DNA of 53,671 bases, filler included, from Squatina squatina (Eukaryota), in the NCBI GenBank assembly GCA_031763465.1. It is 3 parts of 3 records of this genome, joined end to end, with 100 filler letters (N's around TTAATTAATTAA, not from the genome) between each part and the next. Parts side by side here need not be neighbours in the genome. Positions count along the whole stretch, not along the records: positions 1 to 24,646 come from JARFOE010000046.1; 2 more parts are not named here. One strand, 5' to 3'. Below are positions 1-11,522 of this stretch, piece by piece (position 1 is the stretch's first letter; each line of letters begins with the position of its first letter). The position numbers and the translations under genes are program-made. A model generated the notes under the pieces. It did no database searches and was not told the origin of the DNA. It saw nothing but the letters and a program-made list of their open reading frames with translations.

Positions 1-538
1 TTTAGGGTGGGAACGGTTGGGGGAGGGGGGGCTGATCAATGGCAAACACGGATTCCCCGAAAGCAACCAGTGTCTACTGGCCAGGGTCTTTTGGGGGGTG
101 ATTGACAGGGCCCCAGCTTGCAGCTGTGCCTGAGGCAGTGTTGGAACTCCACGCCACTGTGGGCCAGTCAGCTTCATCATCTCTGTGCTGGCTCTTGGAT
201 AAAAGCTGTCCAGTTAGCCCCTTTTCCCCATAGCCCTGCAAATCTCTCCTTTCTCGAGCATTGCATCGGACGGTGCTGATCGGACGGTGCTGATCCTACG
301 TGAAGCAGAGGGTGAGCCCAGAAGAGAGCATGACAGTTTTAATCCACTCCACAAGCGGGATGGGGCAGTCGGACAGACGAGGGAGTTGGCACAATCTGGG
401 TGGAGTGTTGGGGCAGCTTCTGTGTAGAAGTGTTTATTGTGCTCTCCTGCCGAGGAGCTGCGGGACTGTTTCTAACTGGGGTTTTGAGCTCTAACTGCTC
501 TCAATTCAACACTGGCCAGTCTGAAGGGTGAACCGAAT

Positions 539-610
539 CTGCGATGATGTACAATGAATTTCTTCACCTGAATAACCGTGTGGCGTCTTGAGCTTTTTAA
601 CCCTGAGCAG
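539..610 (+). ncRNA. SNORD36: Box C/D snoRNA U36 (SNORD36 family) in an RPL7A intron
   Basis: Terminal stem CTGC(539-542)/GCAG(607-610), extended by AGGGTGAAC/GTTCACCCT; C-like box ATGATG at 544; D' CTGA 568-571; D CTGA 603-606; antisense elements TGAATTTCTTCAC and GAGCTTTTTAAC; lies just upstream of an RPL7A exon, the known host of U24/U36. Confidence 0.93.
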
Positions 611-688
611 TCAGTTCACCCTGACACTGACCCCTATGTCCCAAAGTCTCAGTATGGCGAGCAATAATAACCTGTCTCCTTCCCACAG

Positions 689-758
689 TGAGGACAAGGG
701 AGCGATCGCCAAACTGATCGAGGCTGTGCGGACAAACTACAACGAACGATTTGATGAG
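689..758 (+). CDS. RPL7A: 60S ribosomal protein L7a, penultimate coding exon (70 nt)
   Basis: cccacag|T GAG GAC...GAT GAG|gtatgt; peptide [23 protein letters not shown] resembles RPL7A [23 protein letters not shown]; adjacent SNORD36. Confidence 0.95.
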
Positions 759-1185
759 GTATGTTCCTGACCCTGCGTCTTTTGTCCTGTTAACGCAGTG
801 AATGACGCAGCAGCTTGGTGCTGAACGATGGGGGAGGNNNNNNNNNNNNNNNNNNNNNNNNNNNNNNNNNNNNNNNNNNNNNNNNNNNNNNNNNNNNNNN
901 NNNNNNNNNNNNNNNNNNNNNNNNNNNNNNNNNNNNNCACTAATGTAATATTTATGATTTGACTTTTTAATTTTCTCTGAAAATCACTGCAGTCTTGTCC
1001 TCCAGATCTAAATGGGTAGTATGCCCTAAAACTACTGTAATGTGGATTCTGATTTTTTTTTTCAAATCATATAATCCAGATTGAACATGAGTCTAGCTTT
1101 AAACTTGCAAATTACTTGGCTTCTTAAGACTGCTAGAACACGCTTTTAAAAAAAAAAAATTGAATTTTAAAATCCATATCTTTTT

Positions 1186-1941
1186 TCAGCAAGTACAAGA
1201 CATCCGCCTCTCAGAGCCAGTGTTGTACAGAAATGGCGAAGATGAAGACAAAGAAGAGAACAAAGACGGTGAGTCATTCGGACTGTTTTCCATCTTCAGT
1301 TGCAGTGGCAAGGTTCTGTCCAATTCGCCCCCAGCTCCAACTCCCTCTGGTTTCCAACTGCTTTGGTTTGCCTTCAGAGCCAAGTAACTCTGAATTTCTT
1401 TTTCAATGCTGTCGCTGCTATCCGCAGAACTGTTTTCACTGTCTGAAGACACTGCCTGCTTGGAGTCAGCCGTGGCGCACTCGCTGGTTGCCTCGCTGCT
1501 GCCCGCGTGCTCTTCCCTCTCTGAAGAAGCTGTAACCACCGTCCCATCTGCAGCTGGCTGCGCTTTGGCCACAAGAGACCCTTCCCGCTTTGGGGAAGAT
1601 TCTGACGGGAACTCAGCTCGAAACCGTTTTTTACAACTAAACGCGGAGTCCGTGATTTTTCTCTCCCTTTGCGTTACAAAGTCATCGCTGGACTGATCAC
1701 TCGAGTCAGTATCGGAAAGGTTGAGAGGGCAGGGTGCCTTGAACTCTCCAGCCTTGAGTCCGCAGTGTTTTCGCTTCTTGCTCAAAGTTGCCTGCAGTGT
1801 TTCCTTCTCCAAGTTCTTCGCTCCACAGAGGCAAGGGTCCGAAGAGGAGTCGGCACAATTCTGAGTACAGGGGGGCTTGTGAGGCAGCAAGCCAAGGACA
1901 AGGGCGACACCCTCAGTTTTCCCTTTCTTTTGTTCTAACTG
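1186..1941 (-). CDS. PPP1R26: PPP1R26 (KIAA0649) large exon, distal fragment ending at TGA
   Basis: Open frame QLEQKK...DSSDSIEKEIQSYLALKA, the acidic 'SIEQEI..FLALKA' repeat motif of PPP1R26. Confidence 0.85.
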   Translation of the reverse strand, partial: QLEQKKGKTEGVALVLGLLPHKPPCTQNCADSSSDPCLCGAKNLEKETLQATLSKKRKHCGLKAGEFKAPCPLNLSDTDSSDQSSDDFVTQRERKITDSAFSCKKRFRAEFPSESSPKREGSLVAKAQPAADGTVVTASSEREEHAGSSEATSECATADSKQAVSSDSENSSADSSDSIEKEIQSYLALKANQSSWKPEGVGAGGELDRTLPLQLKMENSPNDSPSLFSSLSSSSPFLYNTGSERRMSCTC

Positions 1942-2041
1942 NNNNNNNNNNNNNNNNNNNNNNNNNNNNNNNNNNNNNNNNNNNNNNNNNNNNNNNNNNN
2001 NNNNNNNNNNNNNNNNNNNNNNNNNNNNNNNNNNNNNNNNN

Positions 2042-2828
2042 GTAACGTTGGATGGCGTCCTCAATCCCATCATCACTGCTGGAATCGGACAGTTCAGCTC
2101 CTGCAGTAATGGGATTAGCTCTCGGGTCAGAGAACGCTCTGTCAACGCTCCACTGGACATTGCTGCTTCTGTAGAGCTCCTTAAAGCTATGCATTGCTGT
2201 TGGTTTCTTCTCGCTGGCCAACTTTTTATTACTCTTGGGATTCCCTTCACTGCCTTTCTCCGACTTGCAAATGGTCCCAGGTCCCCCCAGCTGGGTGGAT
2301 TTAGAGCCGCTGACCTGAGTGTCGGCGTTTGTCACCGACGATTTGACGAGGTGTGTTTGGTTCCCCACGCTGGATTTGAGGCACCTCTTCCTGTTCTTCG
2401 ATCTCGCCTTCACCAGCGTTTCTCTCTGTTCCGGCCTCCCCCCGGAAACTAGCTTGTTCTCAGGACCACTGGCCTCCTTTTCCCGCTTGTCTTGCAAGAA
2501 CCTTTCAATCTCAGCCTGGATACTCAGTTCAAAAGAATCGTTGCTGCTTACGCTGGAGGGAGAAGAACATCTGGATCCTGCAGCGACTTCCAGAGCGACA
2601 CTCCGAGGGTCAGTATTCACAAAGCCAAGTCCAAACTCAGAGGGGACCACCTCTCCTCCCAGCAGGATACCATTGCTGACCTTTGGAGCTGAGTCTTCAA
2701 TGGCTGGATGGGTCCCGGCGGGGGCTATCGCACTGTGGCTGCCCTTCGATATCAAGCAACTATCTTCTGTTTTCTTCTTCAAGTATTCCTGAATTGCTTC
2801 TTCTATATCTCGGTCAACCGACTCGTCG
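2042..2828 (-). CDS. PPP1R26: PPP1R26 large exon, proximal fragment (5' end lost in gap)
   Basis: DESVDRDIEEAIQEYLKKK, SSNDSFELSIQAEIERFL and SDSSSDDGIEDAIQRY match the characteristic PPP1R26 motifs; 9q34-type neighbourhood. Confidence 0.9.
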
Positions 2829-2928
2829 NNNNNNNNNNNNNNNNNNNNNNNNNNNNNNNNNNNNNNNNNNNNNNNNNNNNNNNNNNNNNNNNNNNNNNNN
2901 NNNNNNNNNNNNNNNNNNNNNNNNNNNN

Positions 2929-3210
2929 AAAGGGTTTGATAGAGTAGACATAGATAAAATGTTTCTACTTGTGGGGAGACCAGAACAAGGGGCCATAAAT
3001 ATAAGATAGCCACTAATAAATCCAATGGGGAATTCAGGGAAAACTTCTTTACCCGGAAAGTGGTTAGAATGTGGAACTTGCTACTACAAGCAGTAGTTGA
3101 GGCAAATAGCATGGATGTGTTTGAGGGGAAGCTAGGTCAGTACATGAGGGAGACGGGAATAGAAGGATATACTGATAGGGTTTACTGGCATGGATCTGTT
3201 GGGCCAAATG
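2929..3210 (+). mobile_element. CR1-type LINE 3' end fragment
   Basis: KGFDRVD.KMF / FFTQRVV..WN.L-like C-terminal RT sequence followed by the typical shark CR1 tail (ctgttgggccaaatg). Confidence 0.75.
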
Positions 3211-3879
3211 CCTCAGAGGATTAGTTGAATATCAAGGATACTTCCTGGAACAAAGGTTACTAAATTTATTTGTAATCTTTTCAGTGGATTTACATCATTT
3301 TCCTTCAGAAACATATCACATTTTTGGAGTTTTCCAGTACAGTTAAGAAGGTTGCATTACAAGATCTGGCACAGTGATAGGCTCAAATAAACAATAAAAC
3401 CACAATCTGATGTTATGTTTTACTCGTGAAATCTGCCGCTTGTTGAAACAAGAATAGAGCCTGAAAAACATCTGAAAAGCAAGACAGGATTGTGATGCAC
3501 AAAGCATCCGAAATCCAGCTATCCTGTTTCCATTATAAGTGAAACATTTCAGATTTAACTTAATCAGAATCATTTTATTAATTGATGAGTGCCAAAGGGG
3601 AAAAATATGAAAGGGACGTAAATTAGTCAGTCGCAGTTCTCATAACCAAAACTGAACTCTAACCAATTTGCATCATACTAGGCTTGTGGTAAGCTGTAAA
3701 TGGCAATACGAGTGCAGAGGCAAATAAATTAATAAGTAGAGGGTTGGCAACATTTACATGGGAAACTTAAAGTCACTGATCAGGACTTATGGAAGATACA
3801 TGTGGAATTGTTCAACTGCACTACTGTAACCCATCATATTGCACTGTGGTGTACCCACGAGCGAAAGAGAGAATCCACA

Positions 3880-4110
3880 GCGACCTGCAGGAACATAGGA
3901 ACAGGAGTGGGCCTCGAGGTTCTGCCATTCATTTAGATCATAGTGGATCTGTACCTCCACTCTATTTACCCGCCTTTGTTCAATATCCCTTGATAGCTTT
4001 ACGTAACAAAAATCTCTTGATCTTAGTCTTGAAAATTGTCCCAGCATCCACAGCCTTCTGGTGGGGGTGGGGGGAAGAGAAAGTTCCTGATTCATCGTGT
4101 GAGACAGCAG
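3880..4110 (-). mobile_element. CR1-type LINE 3' tail fragment
   Basis: gaacataggaacaggagtgggcc...ccattc...agatcat tail signature repeated many times in the window. Confidence 0.6.
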
Positions 4111-4980
4111 TTTACCCTGGCAAGAAAGGCCGGCTGGAAATTGTTGCACAGCACAGGTCAAACAGGGATCCACAAAATTGACTTCCACTCACTTTCCCAA
4201 CCTCTGTCTTCATATTGCATGTCTTTGCAAAAGTTGTGTCAACTGAATCCCTACTCCAGTAGGTGCAAAGCACCAACAATGGGGTTACTTTAACATGATG
4301 TGACTTTCCTTACAGAAACTTTCGAGTTGAATCTTCTAACCAACAAGGACTCTGTAAAAATAATCAATCACATTCTACAGTGAATGCAATTTTGGGTAGA
4401 TTTTGATTACACTGTTTATAGGAACCTGTGGATTTGTGCATTTGACCTATGTCAGTTGACTTAGAGGCAGCACTCTCAGCTCTGAAAAAGGTTTGAGTTC
4501 AGGCTCCATTCCAGAGGCTTGAGCACATAATCTAGCCAACACCTCAGTGTTGTATGAAAGAAATGCTGCATAGACGGAGGTATTGTATCATATCCCAGAT
4601 TTATACCTGTATGGTTGAAATAAAAATTTGATTGAGTGAGGGAGTGTGTTGTGCCTATAACAGGGATGTCCTTGTAATAACTGAGCAATCTTATCTGCTT
4701 CAGTTGCTTCCTTTGCCTGCACATAGGAATACATCACTAAACACAGTGATGCCCTTAAACAAGGAAGTATGATATTATTCTGTAAACCATGTATTTATTT
4801 TAACAGAAANNNNNNNNNNNNNNNNNNNNNNNNNNNNNNNNNNNNNNNNNNNNNNNNNNNNNNNNNNNNNNNNNNNNNNNNNNNNNNNNNNNNNNNNNNN
4901 NNNNNNNNNGTACATGGTGAATGGGAGGAGTGGGATTGATGGGGAAGACTTCACATTCTCTGACCCGAGCTCAAACCCAC

Positions 4981-5306
4981 CTCCAGCTGCAGGTCTCTGT
5001 TCTTCATCAGTGCTACGTTCTTCTCCTCGCTCTGCAGCGCAAAGTCCTTCGCCCACTTGTAATTCTCCTCCTTGCAGGTCTTCAGCTCCTCGCCATAGTT
5101 GTTGCGCTCCTCCCTCATCTTCCAGAATCGTTCCTGGTGCTTCCGCAGCTCGCTGACCTTGACCTGTAGCTGTTTGATGAGGTCGTCCTTCTTCGCCGCC
5201 TCAATGGTCAGATCCTGGAGCCGCTTGTTGCTCTGGATCACTGCCTGCTGCTGCTTCTGGACCTCCGCCATCAGGAGCTGGGTCAGGCTCGACTCTCCTC
5301 CAGCAT
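4981..5306 (-). CDS. CARD9: CARD9 coiled-coil exon (326 nt)
   Basis: AG acceptor at 5307-5308, GT donor at 4979-4980; DAGGESSLTQLLMAEV...LRKHQER...CKEENY...QSEEKNVALMKNRDLQLE resembles CARD9; next to SNAPC4 as in tetrapods. Confidence 0.92.
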
Positions 5307-5940
5307 CTGAGCAAATACATTGAGAGCCCTCCATTAGTCTGCCAACCGTAACCAAGATTAACCACCTCCCCTGCTTTTTAAAAGGGCCTCTGTGGGACCC
5401 GAGTCTTCCGGTCGGGTGAAGGAGCAGACTGGGGAAAGGTTCNNNNNNNNNNNNNNNNNNNNNNNNNNNNNNNNNNNNNNNNNNNNNNNNNNNNNNNNNN
5501 NNNNNNNNNNNNNNNNNNNNNNNNNNNNNNNNNNNNNNNNNNATGAAGGAACAGCCGATATATTTCCAAGTCAAGATGTGTGACTTGGAGGGGAGCATGG
5601 AGGTGATGGTGTTCCCATGTGCTCGTTGCACTTATCCTTCTAGGTGGTCGAGTAACTCACTGTCATAAGGGATACAGAATCAAATCAGGCAGATGAAGTC
5701 AACATATAGACCAGCTATGATCTAACCGAATGGCGGAACAGGCTCGAGGGGCTGAATAGCCTCCGCCTGTTCCTAATTCAATGCTGGCAATTGTTGCTCA
5801 GCACCTCCTGGGAACAAGATGAGGCTCGGTTGCGAGACCTTCCGCTGTCTAATTGCCCCGTTAACACATGCGTGCGGAGAAACACCCGTTGCCTGCTGAG
5901 TGACACACGCCCAGCAGGTGAGGAAAGCTCCTCCCTTTAC

Positions 5941-6105
5941 CTGCAGCTCGCTCGCTATCCACTCCCAGTCTACACAGCCGCCCCGCTCCGCGATCTCCAC
6001 CAGCCGCTCCAACTCTTGGCTGCTCCACTCTGCTCTGTTGATGCTCGGGTGCTCGGAGTTCTGCCAGACCCTTTTAATATCCTCCGCCCTGCGACTCCCA
6101 TCAAA
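5941..6105 (-). CDS. SNAPC4: SNAPC4 (SNAP190) Myb-repeat exon (165 nt)
   Basis: ttgcag|TTT...CAG|gtaaag; FDGSRRAEDIKRVWQNSEHPSINRAEWS resembles SNAPC4 FEGSRSAEEIRKFWQNSEHPSINKQEWS. Confidence 0.93.
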
Positions 6106-6309
6106 CTGCAAACACAAGTGAGCATTCCGTCATCACCATACAAATAGCCCAGTGCTGCACCCGAGGGGCATGAAAGACCTTGAGGGGAGGACAGTTTTTA
6201 AAAATATATATTTGATGCTCCTTCGTCAGAGTTTAAAAGACTCTCGAGAGCTTCCTGCCCTCCCCTTGAGGAATCAGTAGGCAAACACATTACTATTTTG
6301 TCACACAGA

Positions 6310-6490
6310 CCAGAAGGTGCGAGGTTTAACCCCATAGTCTGGACTGAGTTAGTCCATTTCAGCCAGTGTACAATTGGCTTCAGCGCTACTGGGCTAAGGG
6401 ACAGAAAAAAATCAGCCACGGTCCCCCGCTCCTGATTGCTATCCAGTGCCTCCTGCTGTGTCGGCACTTGTGTGGATGTCAGGATCGAGC
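6310..6490 (+). mobile_element. Old interspersed repeat, probably a tRNA-derived shark SINE body
   Basis: Decayed B-box-like GGTTTAACCCC followed by tacaattggcttcagc...aaaatcagcc...ctcctgattgctatccagtg, recalled as a recurrent shark repeat; family not identified. Confidence 0.35.
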
Positions 6491-6730
6491 GCTCGAGTAA
6501 CCCAAGACGAATGAATGCCCTGTCAGTACTCGCTGTCGAGTCTGAAGGTTGGAAGTTGGCAAGGGCCATCAGTGCCTGCCAAACTGTACCCTAGCCAGAG
6601 TCACTACATTCAGTAGCGATCCTGGGGGATTGGGAGGCACAGGGAAAAGGAATAGGGGGAGAATAAAGGGGAAGAGAGGGGAGGTGGGAAGAAACCCTAA
6701 TCCAAAAGGATAAACCCTAAACATACTTAC

Positions 6731-6803
6731 GTCGATGTTGGCGATCTTTATCCAGTCGTGGTCATCAAACCTATTTCCCAATAACTGCCGTTGCGTCATC
6801 TGG
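6731..6803 (-). CDS. SNAPC4: SNAPC4 exon (73 nt) upstream of the Myb exon
   Basis: ttatag|C CAG...GAC|gtaagt; QMTQRQLLGNRFDDHDWIKIANID resembles LLGNRLDSHDWEKISNIN; phase-compatible with the 5941-6105 exon. Confidence 0.9.
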
Positions 6804-7674
6804 CTATAAGAAAGTTAAGGAGTAACACTCTTTTATAAACCACAGCTAGGATTACTAGCAACAGTCACCCTCAGATCACCACTTATTGATTATAACCGTA
6901 CTCTTAATAAGTTTCATTAAATACAATAGCATAAAAAAGGTCTTGTTTAGCTCACTCCGCAACCAAAATATCCGGCAGGACTTCAATACACGGCATGAAG
7001 TAATGACCCTAGATTCAGCTAAAATACAGTTCTTCATTTTCAGCAGACAGCTCCACTGTGTGCGTGTCAGAAATACTAACCAGTACTGTACAGGATATAC
7101 TTACACACAAGGTGGAAATTTCTCCTGCTGCTTGGCGGTTGTAGGCAAGTTTAAAGCTTGCCCAGGAGTACCACGCCCCTTCTACCCCACCACCGCAGGG
7201 TTCACCAGCGCACCCAGAGTCCCCTAATTTGGTCATTGGGTGGTCTGCGCTCAGACTCCATCCCTCATTGCCCCACCTGTGCGTAACATGCGTTAAGCGA
7301 TCCAGGTCCAGGAACCCCGCTCTCGTACACAAATCGTAATTCTAGTAGTAATGTTTTATTACTAGAATTTCGTGAAGTAATTTAAAGCAATTTGCATTAT
7401 TAAATATCTTACATCTGCAGACTCCAAACCTCCCATTATTAATCCCCGTCCCATTACTGTCTTTGCAACAGCAGGAGGCCATTCAGCCCCTCGTGCCAGT
7501 TCCTCCATTCTATTAGATCATGGCTGATCTGAACCTCAACTCCATTTACCCNNNNNNNNNNNNNNNNNNNNNNNNNNNNNNNNNNNNNNNNNNNNNNNNN
7601 NNNNNNNNNNNNNNNNNNNNNNNNNNNNNNNNNNNNNNNNNNNNNNNNNNNCCTCGAGCGTTGCAGTTACTCAC

Positions 7675-7798
7675 CTTCTGGCCTTGCATGTTCCAGGTGG
7701 TGATAAACACTCGGACCCTTCGGTCAGGGAAATAATGGTCCAGTTCATTGGCTCCCAACAGAGGTCCATTGGCCAGGAGACTACCCTCCAGGAAACTC
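7675..7798 (-). CDS. INPP5E: INPP5E exon (124 nt), start of the 5-phosphatase domain
   Basis: ctccag|G AGT...AAG|gtgagt; [41 protein letters not shown] (TWNMQG motif). Confidence 0.93.
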
Positions 7799-8267
7799 CT
7801 GGAGAAACAGAGAGGTGCGTGTTAAAGTCCAGACACGGGGCTGTGTCTCCTGCTTTCCTCAGCTCTCAATTCTCAATCCTGCATAACCTTCCTCCCTGAT
7901 TCTTCACTGCGTGAAGACCCATCGCACACCCGTCTCCCACTCCCATCCCGGTCCCAGGAGCCCAGGACAGTGCAGCTCCTCACCTGCCCCGGTATTCCCT
8001 TCCTTTTGTGACAGACAAGACATGAAACCCAAACTTGTCGATACCCATCCACAACTGATGCTTGGTGTCCTGCCCTGTAGGATCAGCCCCTCGCCTGGGT
8101 TTCTCAATTTAAACACATCACCCGAGTGGGAATGGGAACAAGGAATGGAAAGTTACCTCGAACAGAACAGCAGCACAAGGCTTGGGGGCAAAAGAGCCTC
8201 GATGCTATGAGCATACGTGACCGCACTCCCCAGTAGCCAGAGACAAGTGGATATTTAGGTCAAAATT

Positions 8268-8331
8268 ACAGGGCACCAGGGGGAAGAGCCCAGTCTCACA
8301 GGGCACCAGGGGGAAGGGCCCAGTCCCACAG
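8268..8331. repeat. 30-bp minisatellite (two units, truncated by gap)
   Basis: cagggcaccagggggaag(a/g)gcccagtc(t/c)ca in tandem. Confidence 0.8.
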
Positions 8332-8469
8332 NNNNNNNNNNNNNNNNNNNNNNNNNNNNNNNNNNNNNNNNNNNNNNNNNNNNNNNNNNNNNNNNNNNNN
8401 NNNNNNNNNNNNNNNNNNNNNNNNNNNNNNNACCAGCTCAGTAACAAAACGCAGGCCCAGCAAGAGGTT

Positions 8470-9628
8470 GAAAGTGTTCCAGAACGCAAAATATTTTATT
8501 TCATTTCAAGAATTTACAAGTGTGCATCCTTAAAACATTTAAGAAAATAAACTCCTCAGACAAGACGGGAGCCTCTGAATTTGAAATATTCTGCAGCCTA
8601 CACGAGAGAAAGAAACGCATGGTGCTAAACTACAGGAGAGAGGGGGGAAACGGGATACAGTTATAGACAAGCGGGGTTGGGGGGGAAGGAAAGTGGGGAG
8701 AATCACACTATTTGAAGGACTGGAGATCAGCAGATTTCATTCTGTACAACACTTCCCAAATTACACTGCATTTTTGTGGCTGGTTTAAACTTTGCTGTTT
8801 TAGAGGCAAATGAACACGTCACCTTTAGAATACTGTTTATAATCTCACGAGACACAGGAAGAGCTTGATCCTTTGAGGGGATTCCAAGCCCCTCTGGGGG
8901 AAGTTCTCCTCCTCCCATGTGCCATCAAATCCTCTCCCGGAATAAGAGAAAGAGAACGCCTATATTACATGGGTTAAAATTTATTCACACAGTCCTCCAG
9001 ATATTTCAAAGTATTAATGTACAACAGGTGTGTCTGGCTATACAATACTCTTTTACAGCAGCCTTTTATATATATTACCTAAATACAATCAGGGACAAAA
9101 CTTTCAGCATTTCTCTTCCTTACCACCCCCCACCCATCTCCCAAAACCCTCCCACGCAAACACACATTTGTTGATTTAGAACAAAACAGTTACAGCAATC
9201 AAAAAATGATTTGGTGCTGGGCATTTTTCTGGGCGTGCCAACATTTGGTCTACGCCAATTCCATCGGGCAGTTGATGCTCTGACATTTACAGTCACTGTC
9301 AGAGGGAGTGTGTTTTTAATATCACGTTGCATTGTGACCGTAGTCTTGTAGCCACAGCTCCCTTTAAGCTCAGTTTTATTATTCAGCTGGCTAAACCCGA
9401 AGAAAAGAAAATTACATTCCACACATCTTTATTGTTAGTCCCTCGGCCCCTCTCACAGGGGTTTGTAGCTCAGTAATTGCAGGTATTTCAGGAGACCCCT
9501 GAAATTGAGAGAATGATTTGAAACACACAGCCCTCTGGTTTAATCGCCTGTAATTGCAAATGTCACCTGAACCTTCCCCATTAAGGGTTTACAACTCCAT
9601 TTGTTTCAGGTTCCCACTACGTCTCTTC
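8470..9628 (-). other. Probable 3' UTR (SEC16A by position) with AATAAA at 8495-8500
   Basis: Repeat-free, minus-strand T-rich contig between INPP5E and SEC16A exons with minus-strand AATAAA near its end; inference only. Confidence 0.35.
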
Positions 9629-10511
9629 NNNNNNNNNNNNNNNNNNNNNNNNNNNNNNNNNNNNNNNNNNNNNNNNNNNNNNNNNNNNNNNNNNNNNNNN
9701 NNNNNNNNNNNNNNNNNNNNNNNNNNNNCACGATGGTTGGGAGATCGGGGAGCTCACTTATCGTGGGGACAGCCCAGGCAACACCCCCCTCAATCCCCCA
9801 GCAGGTGCAGTGTGAGGACCACTGGGATGCCCCAATGATCCGAAACACGTGCAAAGATTGTTAGCGAGTTGACTCGTAATCAAAGCTGCAAGCGTTAACG
9901 ATTGATTGGCAGAGAGCAAGAGAAAGAAAGAAAGAGGGGAGCAGGGTCCACCACCAAATGAACACCAGTCAAGAATGGGAAGGGAAGCACCAGGCCTTAA
10001 CACCGAGGCATCAGGTATTGCGTACCATGTGCAGTGACGACTGAGATGCTGACCTCGATCTTCTTCCTGGGGCCTGATCAGACACAAACGTTCAGCCGTG
10101 TTAACCTTATGCTGCTGCACGAACAGTTAAACAGGCTCACCTGCAGATTCAGTCAGTGTGGTACCTGCCGCTCCGCCAAGGCAGAAATTCCAGCGCAAAT
10201 CACCAGCCTCCCAATTGCAATTCATGTTCACCATTGTATTAAAACCTCACCCTTGCTATAATTCAAGAGGGAGGACTGAATGTAAACCTCATTACCGCTT
10301 TCTAAAGTAAACGTCGGGTCTTCCCCTCCAGTGGAAGCTCACCCTGGCTGCTCCATGGATACCTCCGACAGTGGCATACNNNNNNNNNNNNNNNNNNNNN
10401 NNNNNNNNNNNNNNNNNNNNNNNNNNNNNNNNNNNNNNNNNNNNNNNNNNNNNNNNNNNNNNNNNNNNNNNNNNNNNNNGCATGGTTGGTCAATGTCGAA
10501 TGTGACCCTAC

Positions 10512-10609
10512 CTGGTCATGACCTTTGCATGTGTCCGGCTGTCCATTTTGCTGGCCAGTAACAGAGCATGACCCCACAGCCCGTGCTTCATGGCAGACTC
10601 CAGGGCATC
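10512..10609 (-). CDS. SEC16A: SEC16A central conserved domain exon (98 nt)
   Basis: ttacag|GAT...AG|gtaggg; [33 protein letters not shown]. Confidence 0.95.
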
Positions 10610-10614
10610 CTGTA

Positions 10615-10750
10615 AACACACACACACAGCGCCAGTCAACAGCGGGAACGAACGAACACACACCCACCCAGCGGGAGCTCTCCAACATGCACACACACAC
10701 AGACGGGAAGCTCTCCAGCGTGCATGCACACAGACACACACACAGTCGGC
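10615..10750. repeat. CA-rich compound minisatellite in a SEC16A intron
   Basis: Recurring (CA)n + cgggaagctctcca-like units. Confidence 0.6.
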
Positions 10751-10773
10751 AAGGGTCCGGCTCTGAGGCTTAC

Positions 10774-11013
10774 CTTCTTGCGGCCAAAGAGCAGCAGCTC
10801 CCGGAAGCGCTCCGTGTCCTTGCCAGCGCTCTCCGTGGCGTTGCTGTCGAGGAAGCTGTCGGCCAGGAGGGAGGTGCAGGACTCATCCTCCGCACGTGGG
10901 ACCAAGTCGTTGTTGAAGTCGATGAGGTTGGCTTCGTTGGGCGATTTGCCGGGAAGCCAGACGGACCGGTGCTCCCGCAGCAGGAGCTCTGCAATGTCAG
11001 TACCGATCACCGT
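10774..11013 (-). CDS. SEC16A: SEC16A exon (240 nt)
   Basis: ttgcag|ACG...AAG|gtaagc; [33 protein letters not shown]...[14 protein letters not shown]; splices in frame to the next exon. Confidence 0.95.
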
Positions 11014-11191
11014 CTGCAAGACATGTCAACGGGGTTAAATCTTTAACTCGGAAGAGTTCAGTGCATTAACANNNNNNNNNNNNNNNNNNNNNNNNNNNNN
11101 NNNNNNNNNNNNNNNNNNNNNNNNNNNNNNNNNNNNNNNNNNNNNNNNNNNNNNNNNNNNNNNNNNNNNNNACGAGCGGCGAGTCACGTAC

Positions 11192-11339
11192 CGAAGTCGT
11201 CCACGGCGTTGACGTCAGCATGGCAGTTGACCAGCTCCTCGACCATTCCCTCCACGGCCAACCGTGCCGCCAGGATCAGCGGCGTGGTCCCATCATGCAT
11301 CCGCGCGTCCAGATCGGTCGCACGGTTCCGGATCAGGAT
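11192..11339 (-). CDS. NOTCH1: NOTCH1 ankyrin-repeat exon (148 nt)
   Basis: ggtag|ATC...G|gtacgt; [49 protein letters not shown]. Confidence 0.95.
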
Positions 11340-11522
11340 CTACCGGAGAGACAATAACACATGGATCAGGAACACGGCACAATAAGTGTGGGATCAGGAG
11401 GCCATTCAGCCCCTTGAGGCTGTTCCCCCATTCCTTTGGCTCATGGTTGATTTGTATCTTAACTCCAACCCCCTGCCATTTTGGGTCAAGTGGTACCCAG
11501 AGGTAGAAGGCCCAGCGCCTAC

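Noticed and set aside
265-295. 14-bp tandem duplication atcggacggtgctg
   Set aside because: Two-copy slippage duplication in an intron with no further structure
10340-10379. Possible end of another SEC16A exon (MPLSEVSMEQP, donor gtgagc)
   Set aside because: Too short and truncated by a gap to support a call
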